From the NCBI GenBank assembly GCA_010093605.1, contig MU004184.1:1684801-1748800 (forward strand): DNA of 64,000 nucleotides, written 5' to 3'. Positions 1 through 12,274 of the stretch are shown here, piece by piece. Each line of letters opens with the position of its first letter. Position 1 is the stretch's first letter. The notes beneath the pieces were generated by a model. The model had not been told where the DNA came from. It ran no database searches and saw only the letters and a list, made by a program, of their open reading frames with translations. The translations under genes were made by a program, and so were the position numbers. Origin of the DNA: Lophium mytilinum (lineage: Eukaryota).

Positions 1-898
1 CATCGTCAACCACCACCGCCGGCCATCACCAGCTCTCCGATCGAACCGTGGCCTGTGTCATTCGCGGGCTCGAGTCAACAGGGCCCTGGCCGACCTGTCC
101 GACAGGCTCACGCAGCGTCAGGATTCAGCAGCAGCATCGCCCGTCACCATCCCATCCCATCCATCGCTAGTGCCGTCACGCACTCCGCACCCGCCCAGGA
201 ATCGGCATCCCAGCGGCGCCCACCTCTGTCACTCTAACCGAGGACTTTATCCGTCACGCTGGACTCGTGGGAGCTTTGCCGCTGTGTCGCTCCGCCGGCC
301 GCCCTCCTGGTCGATCTGCGGCGCATCACTGCCTGTCCTTGACGCGCCCCTGCTCGCGTCATTCCCCAAAGCGCTCGACAGCCGGCGCGGTATAGATTGC
401 CCGGCCGGGGTGCTTGTGGATCTCCGTCCCTGCCCGAGAGACTGCTGGCCGCAGGGAGCACGCTGCTCCAACGCTTGTTGCGCCGCCTGTCTGCACTGCC
501 GTTGCGAACGCTGAGCGCGGCCAATTCTCTTACAACGGGCCGCCCTCGCAACGTCGCGCAAGTGCCTATCGCGACCAGGGCCCTCGTCCAGCCCAAGTGC
601 ACACCCTGTCCCAAGACCCACCCTGCTGGCAACCGTTTGGAGAGACGTACTTGAACCCTCACCAGGCCCGCTGCCCTGTCCCGCTGTCGCCGCATTAGCC
701 TCCGCCACGGCTCGCAGACTGCTCCATATACTCCTCCTACGCCCACTCTTCACCGTCTTCAAGGCCGCCTCCCAGCCTACACGTCCCGCCTGTCTGCTGT
801 CTGACCAGCGTTGTCTACTCTTCTTTCTCCTCTACTTTCCGCTCTGCTTCCCTCTCTGCTCCGCTCTCTGCCTCTCCCTCTGCTGCGATCTATGAGCG

Positions 899-2074
899 AT
901 GCAGCTTGCTAGCATGGTGCACGCCAGCGGGAGAGATCGCGAGGTGTACGACCATCGTCAACACCAGCAGCACTTCTACGCTCACCAGAGCCGCCACCAC
1001 GTCCCCGTCGACGTCCCCCAACCGCCTGTCCACCACTACCCCCAGCCCCAGCAGCACCCCCAGCAAGAGTACCACTACCGCGCGCCGCAGTCGCCGCCCT
1101 CGCCGCCCGTCGAGGAGGCGAACAAGCCCTCGCTGCCCTCGATATCGAGTCTACTGGGCATCGCGGATGGTGATAGAGCCAACTCCGAGACCGGTAAGCA
1201 TCTTCGGCGCATTACTGCGTGATCTCCCAGTATGCGACCCCCCCACTGACCGACAGCAGCTGGAATGAGCCCGCACCAAAGTCAGCAGCAGCAGCCGTCG
1301 CCCTCGACGCAGCATCCGCCGCAGAACCCGATATCTGTGCAGCAGCCAGAGAGCCGCCCGGAGCAGACAGCGCAAGCTTTCGGTCCAGCGATCGTGAGCA
1401 ACCCCAGAATGACTTTGCCGCCAACGCCTCCCATGCAGCCGGAGTCCGTCGTTGACGGGAACCAGTCTCCATCCGCCGCCTCCACGCACTCCTCGGTGGC
1501 ACCACAGCCGTACTATCTCGGCCAGTCCCTCAACAACATGGAGCCGCACCAACAGCGGCAACATATCCCGAACCCACCCATGGTTAAGCGCCATTCACTC
1601 CCCTCTCAGCAATCCATGTCTCCCTACAACGCCTCTCCATACGTTACCTCCCCGTATGGCTCCTCACCCGGTGCAGCCTCCAACGGTTCCTTCTACTCAC
1701 CAGAGACTCATCCTTACCCTGCCGCTGGTATGTACCAGCAGCGACCGCTCCCATCAAACTTTGCACCCCAACAGATGCCCATACCGGTAGCATCGAACCC
1801 AGCGAACCCTAGCAATCTATGGCAGCATCACCATTACATTAGCCAGTCCAGCCAGTCCGCCTTTCCCCAATCACCGGACCGTTATATCTGCCCGACCTGC
1901 AACAAGGCCTTCTCACGACCAAGCAGTCTGCGCATTCACAGCCACAGTCACACAGGTGAAAAACCATACAAGTGCCCTCAACCGGGGTGCGGAAAGGCAT
2001 TCAGCGTGCGCAGTAATATGAAGCGACACGAACGCGGCTGCCATGCGGCTGCCAACGTCATGTCAACATCATGA
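899..2074 (+). CDS. mtfA: C2H2 zinc-finger transcription factor, MtfA-like (2 exons: 899-1193, 1257-2074)
   Basis: C-terminal WQHHHY...[56 protein letters not shown] plus upstream [20 protein letters not shown] motifs match my recollection of Aspergillus MtfA; phase-1 intron GTAAGC(1194)...CTGAC..CAG(1256) joins ORFs 899 and 1265 in frame. Confidence 0.88.
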
Positions 2075-5000
2075 CGATTTCACGGCGAAGTCTGCACGTA
2101 ATCGAGCAACACACAGAGACGAGTACGATCTAACGGCGTTCGTGGCGCAAAACCAATGGTCGGTGGGGAAAGGGGGTTATTGAAAGAGTCTTTTGTCCTT
2201 CGTTGTGGCCGTCGAAGCCTTGCTCTATACCATGTGTGCGAAGCACCGCGGACGGCGTTTTATGGGGAAGAAACGGCGTTTGTGTATTGCATTTCCCGTC
2301 TGCATTTTCTCTGGCGTTTTCTCTATTTGTCTGTTTCTCCACCCGACTTGTGCGCGGCAAGATAAGATCATGTTTGTGAGGAACTGAATATTTGTCCGTA
2401 TCAGCCCTTGCTTTGCCAGAAGACAAGACAAGAGGCTTTCTATCGCTTCAAGCATAGACGTCGGACACCTGGCGGTTATGGTGCTAGTCCACTTTGATTA
2501 CCCACCATCGAATTATGCGTGTACATTATGGACTCTTCGGCTCTATGCGATACAATCGTGAGTGGCCTAGGAAATTATTCCAAGCTCAAACAAATTATCA
2601 CATACTTCCTAACGTGGATTTCCTTGATCGTTGAGCTGTACTGACTCATTGAGCTGGAGCGAGCGGCACGCGAAAACCTTGCTGCATTGAATAAGGGTTC
2701 CCTTTCATTACTTTAAGGGAGGTCATGGCGCTGCCTGCCCACGAGACGTTAGGTCCCACTGTGCCATGGATTGTTTTTCCAATAGAGTACACGGATTCCT
2801 TCTAAAGTCTACGAACGCTGTCTGCGACCAAATTGTCCCATCTTTGGCTACCTTCAACATGTGTTCTGACAACTCGACAATTTCACATCCCTCACGATAC
2901 TACTGCCCTGAGGCGATCGCTAAAGAATCACAGATCTATTGGGGCACTGGGCATAGCGTATTTCCTGACCGCTACAGATCCGGACGGCCTTGGTGGAAAC
3001 GGCTTAGCTGCTCCCTTACCTTGAATTAGGATCAACGTACATAGAATCGCGGCTTGATGCTAGTCGACGTGTCACCCTCACTGTACAGCAGCACAATGGA
3101 AGCCAGCCTCTGCTTTGAGGCATGATCTACCTGTTAGCTTATGTATGGTCGCCGTCGCTTCTTAGGATGAATAGAAGTGATGGATGTAACTAATCGAACA
3201 CGCTAAAGCAAAGGACATCATAGTGCACGCCGCTTCAGGGTATGAATATGCAGCTTGATTAAAAGGAAGATCGAAAGATCGAGAAGGCACATCCCGCGCT
3301 GGGCACCCCGGGGCAGTTGCGGAGACATCTCCGACGACAAGTCTATTTCATCGACAAAAAACACCCGGGCCTTGAATGTTCTCCAAAACGCTGGACTCTA
3401 TATTCACATCTAACACCACAGCAAACGCATACTTTCGGAGGATTTTGCTGCACATCAGTCTCTGATTGGACGACTCGTCTTCCAGAAGGAACAAAAGGGA
3501 CGATCACCTCCACTGGATTCGACCCGCCACTTCCCGTAGCGCCAGCACCTCGAAAGCAGCCACCACGCCTTGCATGACCCAATGCATTGCGTACAACACC
3601 AAAAGGCCAAAACGCAAACTCAAATGCTCGCGGCACCGCTTACTACCCGCGTTGCATTGTGCGATAAATGCCGCACCAGCCGTCTGCGACTATGCAGAGG
3701 CGTCGTTTTACGACGTCCAAAGTCAGAAGTCCATGACTTCCATCCGCGTATTCGCGCGCCACATAATCCTCCCGACGGGACCGCACGCTACGCAGCACAG
3801 GTGTCAATCCACTCGGTGTAACGCGAGATGCAGATGAGGCGCCTGTCAGCTGTCATGAACTGGCGGTCGGTAACCAGTCACGAAAGTGGTCACATATCAC
3901 ATTATCCGCACATCCCGCAGTCGAACCTTTGGAAGCAAACATGGCAGCATGTGTAAGGCTCGAAACGGAATCCCAGGGCCACTACTGCATCCATCGGGTA
4001 CGCGCAAGCGCGACAAACACGCCAGCCTTGCAGCACATCCCGAGCCGACGTCCCAAGCAGCCGAATGAAAATCAAAAGCAACCGATAATCGCCTTCCAGT
4101 AGGGGAACCCTATCCGCCTTTCCGCCTCCTCGTGCTTGCCAAGCCAGCCTTGCTCGTACTGATCATGCAGGGCTTCTGACCGTCTTTGCTTTTGTCCGTC
4201 TCGACGCCCACCTCGCGAACGTAACGAGATAGTGCGTCAGCGCCTTTACATACTCTCAAACTAACCCCCCCTTAGCCTCCCACGCGAAGGCTCTGTTGGC
4301 ACTCACTGGTCGGGCCTGCAGGCGCAACTCGGCGGTTACCTTTGCACTACGCCGCGAACCTTAGCACTAAAAAGCAAACAATCCTCGCGTCGGGAAGACG
4401 CGGATCCGTCCGTGGGCTGCATCGACGTCCACGCTTCAATGGCGGGGGAGCCAACCGCGCCGTTGTACGAGAAAAAGCATGAGGGAGTGTGGAGGAAAAC
4501 GCCTCTTGTCTCCAAACGGAAATAGTCCGCCTCGCGTGCGCAGATCAGTCCGGGAAACGAGGGCACGGCTCGCTTTCGCGTTACAGAACTGATGGCGCTT
4601 GTCGCCGTTTCTCGGCGCCCGAGGTTTAGGCTTTTGATATTGCTTCCTCCCTTTCCCCCTTGTGTGATGTGGAGTTGAGGTGGGTTGTTCGCAGCTTGCA
4701 TGGGGGTTTCTCCATAGCTATTTTTCACGAAAACGTCCGACAGTTCTTGGCAATTAACATCAGAAACATTTGAGTGTCTCCTGTAGCTCAGCGACTTGAC
4801 AACAACATGCGCCAATACTAGGGCAATCAGGCAAACATAACCTACAGTTTCGCAGGACCCAGTCATGAGATGGACTCGGAACAAGCAGCAGCCTTGAAAG
4901 CATCCAAAAAGAGATCAGAATGTTATTTTCCGTTGTGCTTCCCATCGGGAACAAGTTACCTCAACATCTCTTTCACCGTCTTATCATAATCATACCAAAA

Positions 5001-6222
5001 GACTGATTTCATTCACCTCAATCACGTGACCGATCACCCACCCCTCTTTTTCATCACTACGATACTCAGCTTCCCGTCTCATCTCCTCCCACACTTCCCT
5101 CATCTTACCGCACCACCATCACCCTGTCAATATCTATAATGGAGCCCTTATACCATCCTTAATCATCCCCCGGGAACGACCCATCCGCAGCATCCGCACC
5201 CCCAACAGCCCAATTTCGGGCCGCGTCCGGGGTTCAACGCAGGGCAGACCGGCACTGTGTCGGAATCAAGCCGACGTCATGGCGGCAGCGCCCAACCTAG
5301 CGGTTGCCGGGCTCTTCACAACGGCAACAAGGGAGGTCCTGAGAATCAGCGCGTAGCGCGCCTTGTAGCCGGATATCCAGTCCCTTCATGATCCAAGCAA
5401 TCGAGGCGGATGGGACAGGGGTGCAGCTGGCCAGCCTCGGCAGCGTGCGAGAGGTCATTTTAAGGTACTCTCGCGGTGCGACGGATAGGCGTGGGCTGCA
5501 TTGCGGATCCGCGCCGAGTGGAACACGCACACGACAGCTGGTACGCTACGCATGCTGTGGGATGGGGGGAGGGATGGCTGGCGTTTTCAGTGAGCCTCGG
5601 GTTGTGCGACGGAGATGCGGTTGGGATGGGCTGGTTGTGTGACGCGGGGGCGAGGCTGTCGTGCGCCGTCGGGCACACAACGGGGCGGCATGTCTTAGGC
5701 GGCCCACGAGTCGTGGTGGGATGGATGGGTTTCCTGTGACAGTAGGTGTGCGTGCGGGCAATTGGGCTGGGGAGGCTGGCATAAAGACTTTGAGTGCTTT
5801 TAGAGTACGACGTTGTCGGCTGCTTCCGCTGCAGGGTTGAACGCTGTAGTGAGTGGGAGCGAGATGATCATGATCTGATGTTGTGGAAGGACGATTAGGG
5901 CGGTGGGGGATGGCCTTGCGTGGAAGACGCTCAGGTGGAGTTCCACGCAATGGATGAACGGGCACTCGAGAGGGAAGGGATGATGCTTGTATACGCCATG
6001 TGGACGGTCATCTGAAAGAAAAGGGGGGAAATGGCCTGTATAAGCCATGTGGCCGCTGGAGTCTCAGCCCGTTTCTGCTATATTGCTTAACCTGATCGTG
6101 TCTATGGGGCCGGGAGATCCCCAATAGTGTCTCATGTCATAACGCCTAAACAAATTTCTTCCAAAATATGTACCCACATCCAAAAAAAACCGTCTCGTGA
6201 GGCTGTCCGGCCGTGTGCAGTT

Positions 6223-7035
6223 TCACAGCTCCCAAATCGAGTCGCCCGACTCCACTGCCTCCTCGGCGCTGAACAAAGATGCCATCCATGCGGATCCCCA
6301 CCACGCGTCTGTCTTCTTCGACTCGCCGGGTAGGCGGCACTGCTTGACCTCCTCCTCCGTGACATTCTGCCACTCCTTCAGCGGGATCCATCCAATGTAC
6401 GCGCGGTCGCCGAAGCCGCCAATCCAGTAGACCTCCTTCACGACCAGCCGCACCCACTTGCTCTCATGGATCCGGTTTCCAGGCAGCCAAGCGTGCGCGT
6501 CCGGGTGGTACTTCACAAAGCACCCGGTGACATGCCCGCTCTTGACCTCCTCCTCGCTCAGCTCCTCTAGTTGTCCAACAAGGGAAAACCGCGGCAGGGC
6601 AGCCGCGCTGATGTGCGCCGGAGGCTTGAAGTGCGAGAACGGCGGGACCCACCGCAGGGACAATGTGATGTTGCTCCCCGCGGCGACGTTCTTGAACGAG
6701 GTCGCGATGGAGATTGCGAGGATGGTGGGGTTGCCCGTAGCGGGCTCGCAGTCGGCGAAGTAGTCCATGAGTCCGATCGGCGCGCCGGCGACGTCTGAGG
6801 GCCGGTTTTCTGTTGGCCATGGGAGCTGGGAGGATGGGAAGATGGTGGATAGGGTCCCGATGGAGGTGAGGTGGAGGATGCGACGAGCTTGGATCGCGGA
6901 CTCGTGGACGGTGGGGATGCGGTAGCCTGTCGAGGAAGGGTCTTCGGGGTTGGAGAAGATGTGTTGAGGGGAGGGGAGCGAAGATGCCCATGTGAGGGTG
7001 GCTAGGAGGGGCAGTGAGGCGAGAGAGAGGTGCAT
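6223..7035 (-). CDS. Secreted CREG-like / pyridoxamine 5'-phosphate oxidase-like split-barrel protein
   Basis: Hydrophobic N-terminal signal peptide; ARRIL..IGTLSTIF, PIGLMDYFADC, PRFSLVG, HPDA..WLPG..H, YWIGGFG motifs typical of fungal CREG-family proteins; intronless 270 aa. Confidence 0.8.
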   Translation of the reverse strand: MHLSLASLPLLATLTWASSLPSPQHIFSNPEDPSSTGYRIPTVHESAIQARRILHLTSIGTLSTIFPSSQLPWPTENRPSDVAGAPIGLMDYFADCEPATGNPTILAISIATSFKNVAAGSNITLSLRWVPPFSHFKPPAHISAAALPRFSLVGQLEELSEEEVKSGHVTGCFVKYHPDAHAWLPGNRIHESKWVRLVVKEVYWIGGFGDRAYIGWIPLKEWQNVTEEEVKQCRLPGESKKTDAWWGSAWMASLFSAEEAVESGDSIWEL

Positions 7036-9256
7036 GGCGAATGTCGTTGACCGCAGCCGGAGCGTTTAGTGAGCTGTGAAGAGGTACGAGAAGCTGTAGA
7101 TTGACTAGTAGAGTTAAATAAGAAGTAAAACAAGACAGAGAGCTTGAAGCGTGAAGCGTGACGCAGGAAGCAGGTCGTTGATATCATGAAACGGAGCTGA
7201 GGTGGAGTTGAGCCGAGCTTTGCCGTTCCGATAGCGCCACGTGCATCCTGACTCCTAAAGGTTGATCTTAACAGGTCTAGCAAAATCTATGGACAGTATC
7301 TTGAATTTGAATGCAATTTGGCATCGCTCTCGGCGTACAAGAAATCCGTGCTGAGCGGTCCAAATTGATAGCAATGGACAATAAAAAGAGCAAAAATGAT
7401 CACGTCCAGGTTTGAACTGGAGACCTTTCGCGGAACTAATTTGTTAGGCGAACGTGATAACCAACTACACCACGCGACCGTATATGAATGTAGAGGCAAA
7501 TTTTACAATATAAGTACTATCATGTTACTCAGGGGAGAATCTGTTCCTATTCTAAGTCTACCCCACTTTATATGCGGCAATCAGCTAGTGTATGGAACTG
7601 AGTGTCACCACTACTATCTTCAAAAGATTCACAACTTCGCCAGTCTGATTCCAAATTGCTTCGAACATGAATCAAATTGTAGAGGTCAAGAACATCACAT
7701 AGGTTGCTTAGGAATACTCGATTGACTGGAGTACCCTCTCTCGCCGCTCCCTTAGAAAGACAGTATCTCGATCGGATGCGCATGAAAATCAACTAAACCT
7801 CGATGCTGCGCAGTCAGCTGCCCCTGCGTATGTACTACAAGGAAGGCTATTTAGCACACAACCTAATTTCATATTCTTTCCGCATCTATACAATATTTTG
7901 CGACTATCAAAATCACTCTGAGCTTCTCTTTAACCTAGGAGCTGAAGATGAATTCTTCATGTGTGTAACTATGCCAATCCGGTAGCAGACGCGTATGTAT
8001 TCGCATTGTGACAATTTCAGTTATTCGGTGACTTAGCCATCACGAGTCTACAAACGGAGTGACGATGATTACCGCCTTCATCTAGAACATAGGTGTCTAG
8101 AACCACATTTGGCCGACTTTGGCAAAGACCTTATAGCTTTATATTCATTTTACAACACGTCAACTAACCTGATCGATCTATCAATCGGTTGCATACAGAC
8201 TCGTCGACCACAGTTGAGACACAGCCGAAATATTCCAGGTAACGGGGGCTTCCTCCTTCGTCCAGTAGGGGTAATGGCCCTCCGAAACTCTTACCGCGGC
8301 TCTGCCTCTGCCTGCTTGATAAACATTGTTCTCTTTCCATTTCACGCACCACAACTCTACCAGCGTAGGGAGATCTTCAATGTCTTCAGGTCCTCGGACT
8401 AGGTGTACCAATCCAGATCTATACGCCGCCTCATCTTCGATACCACTGACCTTGTATCTGGAACCGAGTGATATCGCCTCCTCTTTCGGCAACCTCCTTA
8501 CTTTCCTCACCGGCTTTTTCGGCAACGCCAGTTGAGAAGATAGGACCTTTCTCGATGTCATCGCGAGCATCATCCATTTCTTCCACTTTCTTTCAGAGGA
8601 CAGACATGGTCTTCGGGATCACAAGTTTCATTGAATACCAAATTGATAAGCTGCTTTGACTCATGTGCCATGCATAATCTCCCCTGGGAGCTTTTCCGCG
8701 ACGGCACGATTGGAAAGAGGCTGACATGTCGGAAAGTAAAGTGTTCTTTAGAAGTGTTGCATGGTTGATGTTGAGCGATAGAGATGATACTCTTGAACTG
8801 TTCATAATTGCTCGCATTAAAAAAAGAGAAGACGCAGGTGACGAAGTTTTGCTATATTAAGGCCGTTGCCTACCACAAGTGAGTAACAATGTTAAAGTAA
8901 GCTGTGTAGTATAAATTAGCACATAGGAGGAAAGCGCTGAGTCGTTTCTCCGCACTGTAAGCGTCATACCGGGCTGAGCATTATCAGTCACGCTAGCTAA
9001 GTTACACAGACATAACGATGACTCAGCTCTCGGCTAAATCCAACAGCGATTTTGAACTCGTCGTCTCCAGCGTCAAGGAGTCACTACCTACAACCAAGAC
9101 ACCAGTCGTCCATCCTGTAAGTCTACCCCGGCATCTCAAAGGAACGCTCACATTCCTCTGCTGCCCTCTGAATTTGCGCTTTCTCGCACCTCTCTGAACA
9201 ACCGGCTAACGTTTGTTTCGCCACCCAGAAGAACCCGACACCCACAAACCGCAATC

Positions 9257-9621
9257 ATGGGAAAGGTCCACGGATCCCTCGCTCGTGCCGGAAAGGTCAA
9301 GTCGCAGACACCAAAGGTACGCTAAGCCCAACACAATGAGAGATGGAGGACGGATGCGGTGATGGAAGATGGGGGCCAAGCGCACACGAACGCAGCGGTG
9401 CTGGAAGCAACACTTGCTGACGAGAATCTTGCAGGTTGAACCCCAGGAGAAGAAGAAGACCCCCAAGGGCCGCGCCAAGAAGAGAATAACTTATACCCGC
9501 CGATTCGTGAACGTCACGATGACCGGTGGCAAGCGAAAGGTACGGACAAGCTGAATGCCATCACATATTGATGTGCCGGAGTCTAACACTCGTGCAGATG
9601 AACCCCAACCCGACCACATAG
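9257..9621 (+). CDS. rps30: 40S ribosomal protein S30 (eS30); exons 9257-9316, 9435-9539, 9598-9621
   Basis: Spliced product [62 protein letters not shown]; canonical GT-AG introns. Confidence 0.97.
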
Positions 9622-10956
9622 ACAATTCCAACGAAGGGAAGGGGACGGAGGAGGACAAAACGGAGCGGCGGGGGATTTCCTGATGATTTCTCGACTCTCG
9701 GAACTGGCTATGACTCTGGATCAGAGGCACTGGGACTCGCGTCGCCAAGGTGGAAACGTCAGGTTCACTTGATGATACAACCCCATTCTTTGGAGGAAAG
9801 GGCATACTCACGGCGTATGTTGTATATTGGGCATCAACGGGATCTTTTATCAACGAAGCTCCTTGTTCTCTCTCTCAATTCTGCACCATGCATGCATTCT
9901 CGTCTTTCTGTTCGTGACAAGAGCCTCTGATCCGGAAAGTGGGACTCGAGGATCCGTGCACAGTCAGCTGGTAATTGAATGCGTCTCCTTTGACTCTCGC
10001 ACACCTACCTATGCGGACTGTCGCTGACGTCACATCATCAAGATCAACCATTGTATCTCGTCTTAACACGCCAGAAGCACTCAGCTCACCTACTAAGCAC
10101 CAATGCAATGAAGGCCTCGAATCAGCCATTATTTTCAACGAATCCGCTTCTCCATTCGTTAGTTATGTCACCCTTGGCGACTCTCTGCTTGCGCGTGTAT
10201 TGTAATCCGCAAGACCCATAGACTACCACGGCACAACACCAAAGCGATGGAAACGAATACAGAGCCGGTGACTGGGACGACTTGAACAGTGGTGATTTCG
10301 TCGTACGAGTTGTTGTCAACGTCCTGGATTACACTAAAAGTGCCCTGCCAAGTTGCGTGAGTGGGCCAAATGCCGCGAAGACATCGGTAAGAAGTGCCAA
10401 TGAAGGCTTCCCCCCAACCTCAGATGTTTGGCTTACTCTTCACTACCTAGGAGGTCTGGCCTCTCTACCTTTAGGTATGGTAACTGTGTAGCAACGTATC
10501 CCCATTGGAAAATCTCTCCCAATGCAATACATTCGTCCAATTCACGCCGTCGATAATTTTGATTCCAAGAACAGACGAAGACTCCGCAAAATCATAGCGC
10601 ACATACTCTTATTCGCAATCAAGGTAGATTTGATGACGAAGACAGTCTTCTACGCAGAATCTTCCAGCTTGATTCGGGGGCCACGTGGGTGCACTTCACC
10701 TGTGTTCGGACCAGCCAATGAGGAGACTGCCCGATCAGCTAAGCGAGTTCTTATTCACGAACCCAGAACAATAGCAAGATCACAATAGCAAGACTCAATA
10801 ACGCAGATTTCGAGTTCAAAATGACTTCTCGAATTATCCTGGTGCAAGACTCTTCTTTACGACAACTCCCTCCTTGGATCTCAAGCAGTACTCTTGACCT
10901 GACTTTCTTATTTCAATCCAGCGACATTTCAGCGACCAACAGCCCAGTCTGAGAGC

Positions 10957-12081
10957 ATGTTTGATCTATCGAGCGCCAATTCGGCTTGCGACCTCAACGG
11001 AGTCCTGCAGTCCATCTCTCCCAAAATCCCAGTTCCCACAATCGGCATGTCTCTAGTCATCAAGTCACCAATCGTCACCGCCGCAACTCCTGCCAGTCTT
11101 CAGAAGATCGAAATCGTGCCAGTCTACATTGGGCTTGATTACGAGTACATCACCAGCGCGTCCATCAACATCCTGTCCCAGCGTTGCCCAAAATTCTTCG
11201 ACTATCTCTACCATGTCGATGAGAATCGCGAGACGCCGAAGATTCATAGGCCAGAGCTAGGACCGGACACTCCGCAAGAGCTAGTTAATGGGGATATCAT
11301 ACGACTCCGCAGAGAGAGCTTGACCAGCTATGGTGTCTCTTCCCTCATCACCTGGCTGTGCGAATCTACCCAAATCAACCAATCCCACCCCATTGAACTT
11401 GGACCGACCATATCGCACTGCATCGACATTTTCCAAGCGTTCAGCTTCTTCGGCTTCAATCAAGAGTGCGAAGACTACGGCCGCTACATCGACACAAGCA
11501 TTTCGAATGCATACTCACACTTCCAACTGCCCGTGGAGCAAGTCCAAGCAATCTGGGAGCGTCGCAATCTGCCCGGCACCACTCGATTCACCAACCGCCT
11601 CGTCGGCTTCCTCGTCGATCACCCTCGGCAGTGCATGATACTAGAAGAACTTCTTATGAGGGAAGGACTTCCATTCGATCCCATGCACCCATCGCGACTG
11701 CTTATGAGAGATATTATGGCCTACTTGTCCGAGAACTACGAACTCAACGCATGCGTTACGGCCGCCTACAAGCGTATTCACCGACCAACTCTAGCCTTCT
11801 GCCCAATGAACCGCCAAGTCGCGAACTCAGCGTTTATTGAACCACCCAAGGGCCCGACCAAGAGACTAGCGCCGGCGTGCTGGCTGGGCCTTTGCACGGC
11901 GTGCGCGGAGATTGAAGAGGTTGACTGTACGGCGCGTGAGGCCGAGCCCTCCACGTGGGCCTCTCGAGCCAGGGCAATTTGGGCACGTAATGCAGAGTGC
12001 AAGAAGCAAGAGGCAGAAATGGTGGATAAGATGGAGAAGCTGCAGATTGACACGAGCAACTTGGGTTTCTGCTATATGTAG
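10957..12081 (+). CDS. Hypothetical protein, possibly a divergent BTB/POZ-like domain
   Basis: Intronless 374-aa ORF; IVPVYIG...INILSQRCPKFF...IIRL...GVSSLITWL resembles the BTB pattern (VxVxVG...L...S.YF...I.L....F..LL.WL); Cys-rich C-terminus. Confidence 0.5.
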   Translation: MFDLSSANSACDLNGVLQSISPKIPVPTIGMSLVIKSPIVTAATPASLQKIEIVPVYIGLDYEYITSASINILSQRCPKFFDYLYHVDENRETPKIHRPELGPDTPQELVNGDIIRLRRESLTSYGVSSLITWLCESTQINQSHPIELGPTISHCIDIFQAFSFFGFNQECEDYGRYIDTSISNAYSHFQLPVEQVQAIWERRNLPGTTRFTNRLVGFLVDHPRQCMILEELLMREGLPFDPMHPSRLLMRDIMAYLSENYELNACVTAAYKRIHRPTLAFCPMNRQVANSAFIEPPKGPTKRLAPACWLGLCTACAEIEEVDCTAREAEPSTWASRARAIWARNAECKKQEAEMVDKMEKLQIDTSNLGFCYM

Positions 12082-12274
12082 TATAAATATCACGAAGTCT
12101 TCGAATTGCTACCCACTATGCAAACCGCTTAGCACGTAGTTTCTACATTCCTGACGAGATAACGGTTACAAGTTCAATAAGCGTGATATCTTGGATTCGT
12201 GACTTCTGGGACTATTACACGATCTATGCGAAGAAGAAGTCCTTGCAGTAAGTACATGATGACACTAATTCACA

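Noticed and set aside
55..762. Overlapping ORFs upstream of mtfA
   Set aside because: GC-rich leader/promoter sequence with no protein-like signal.
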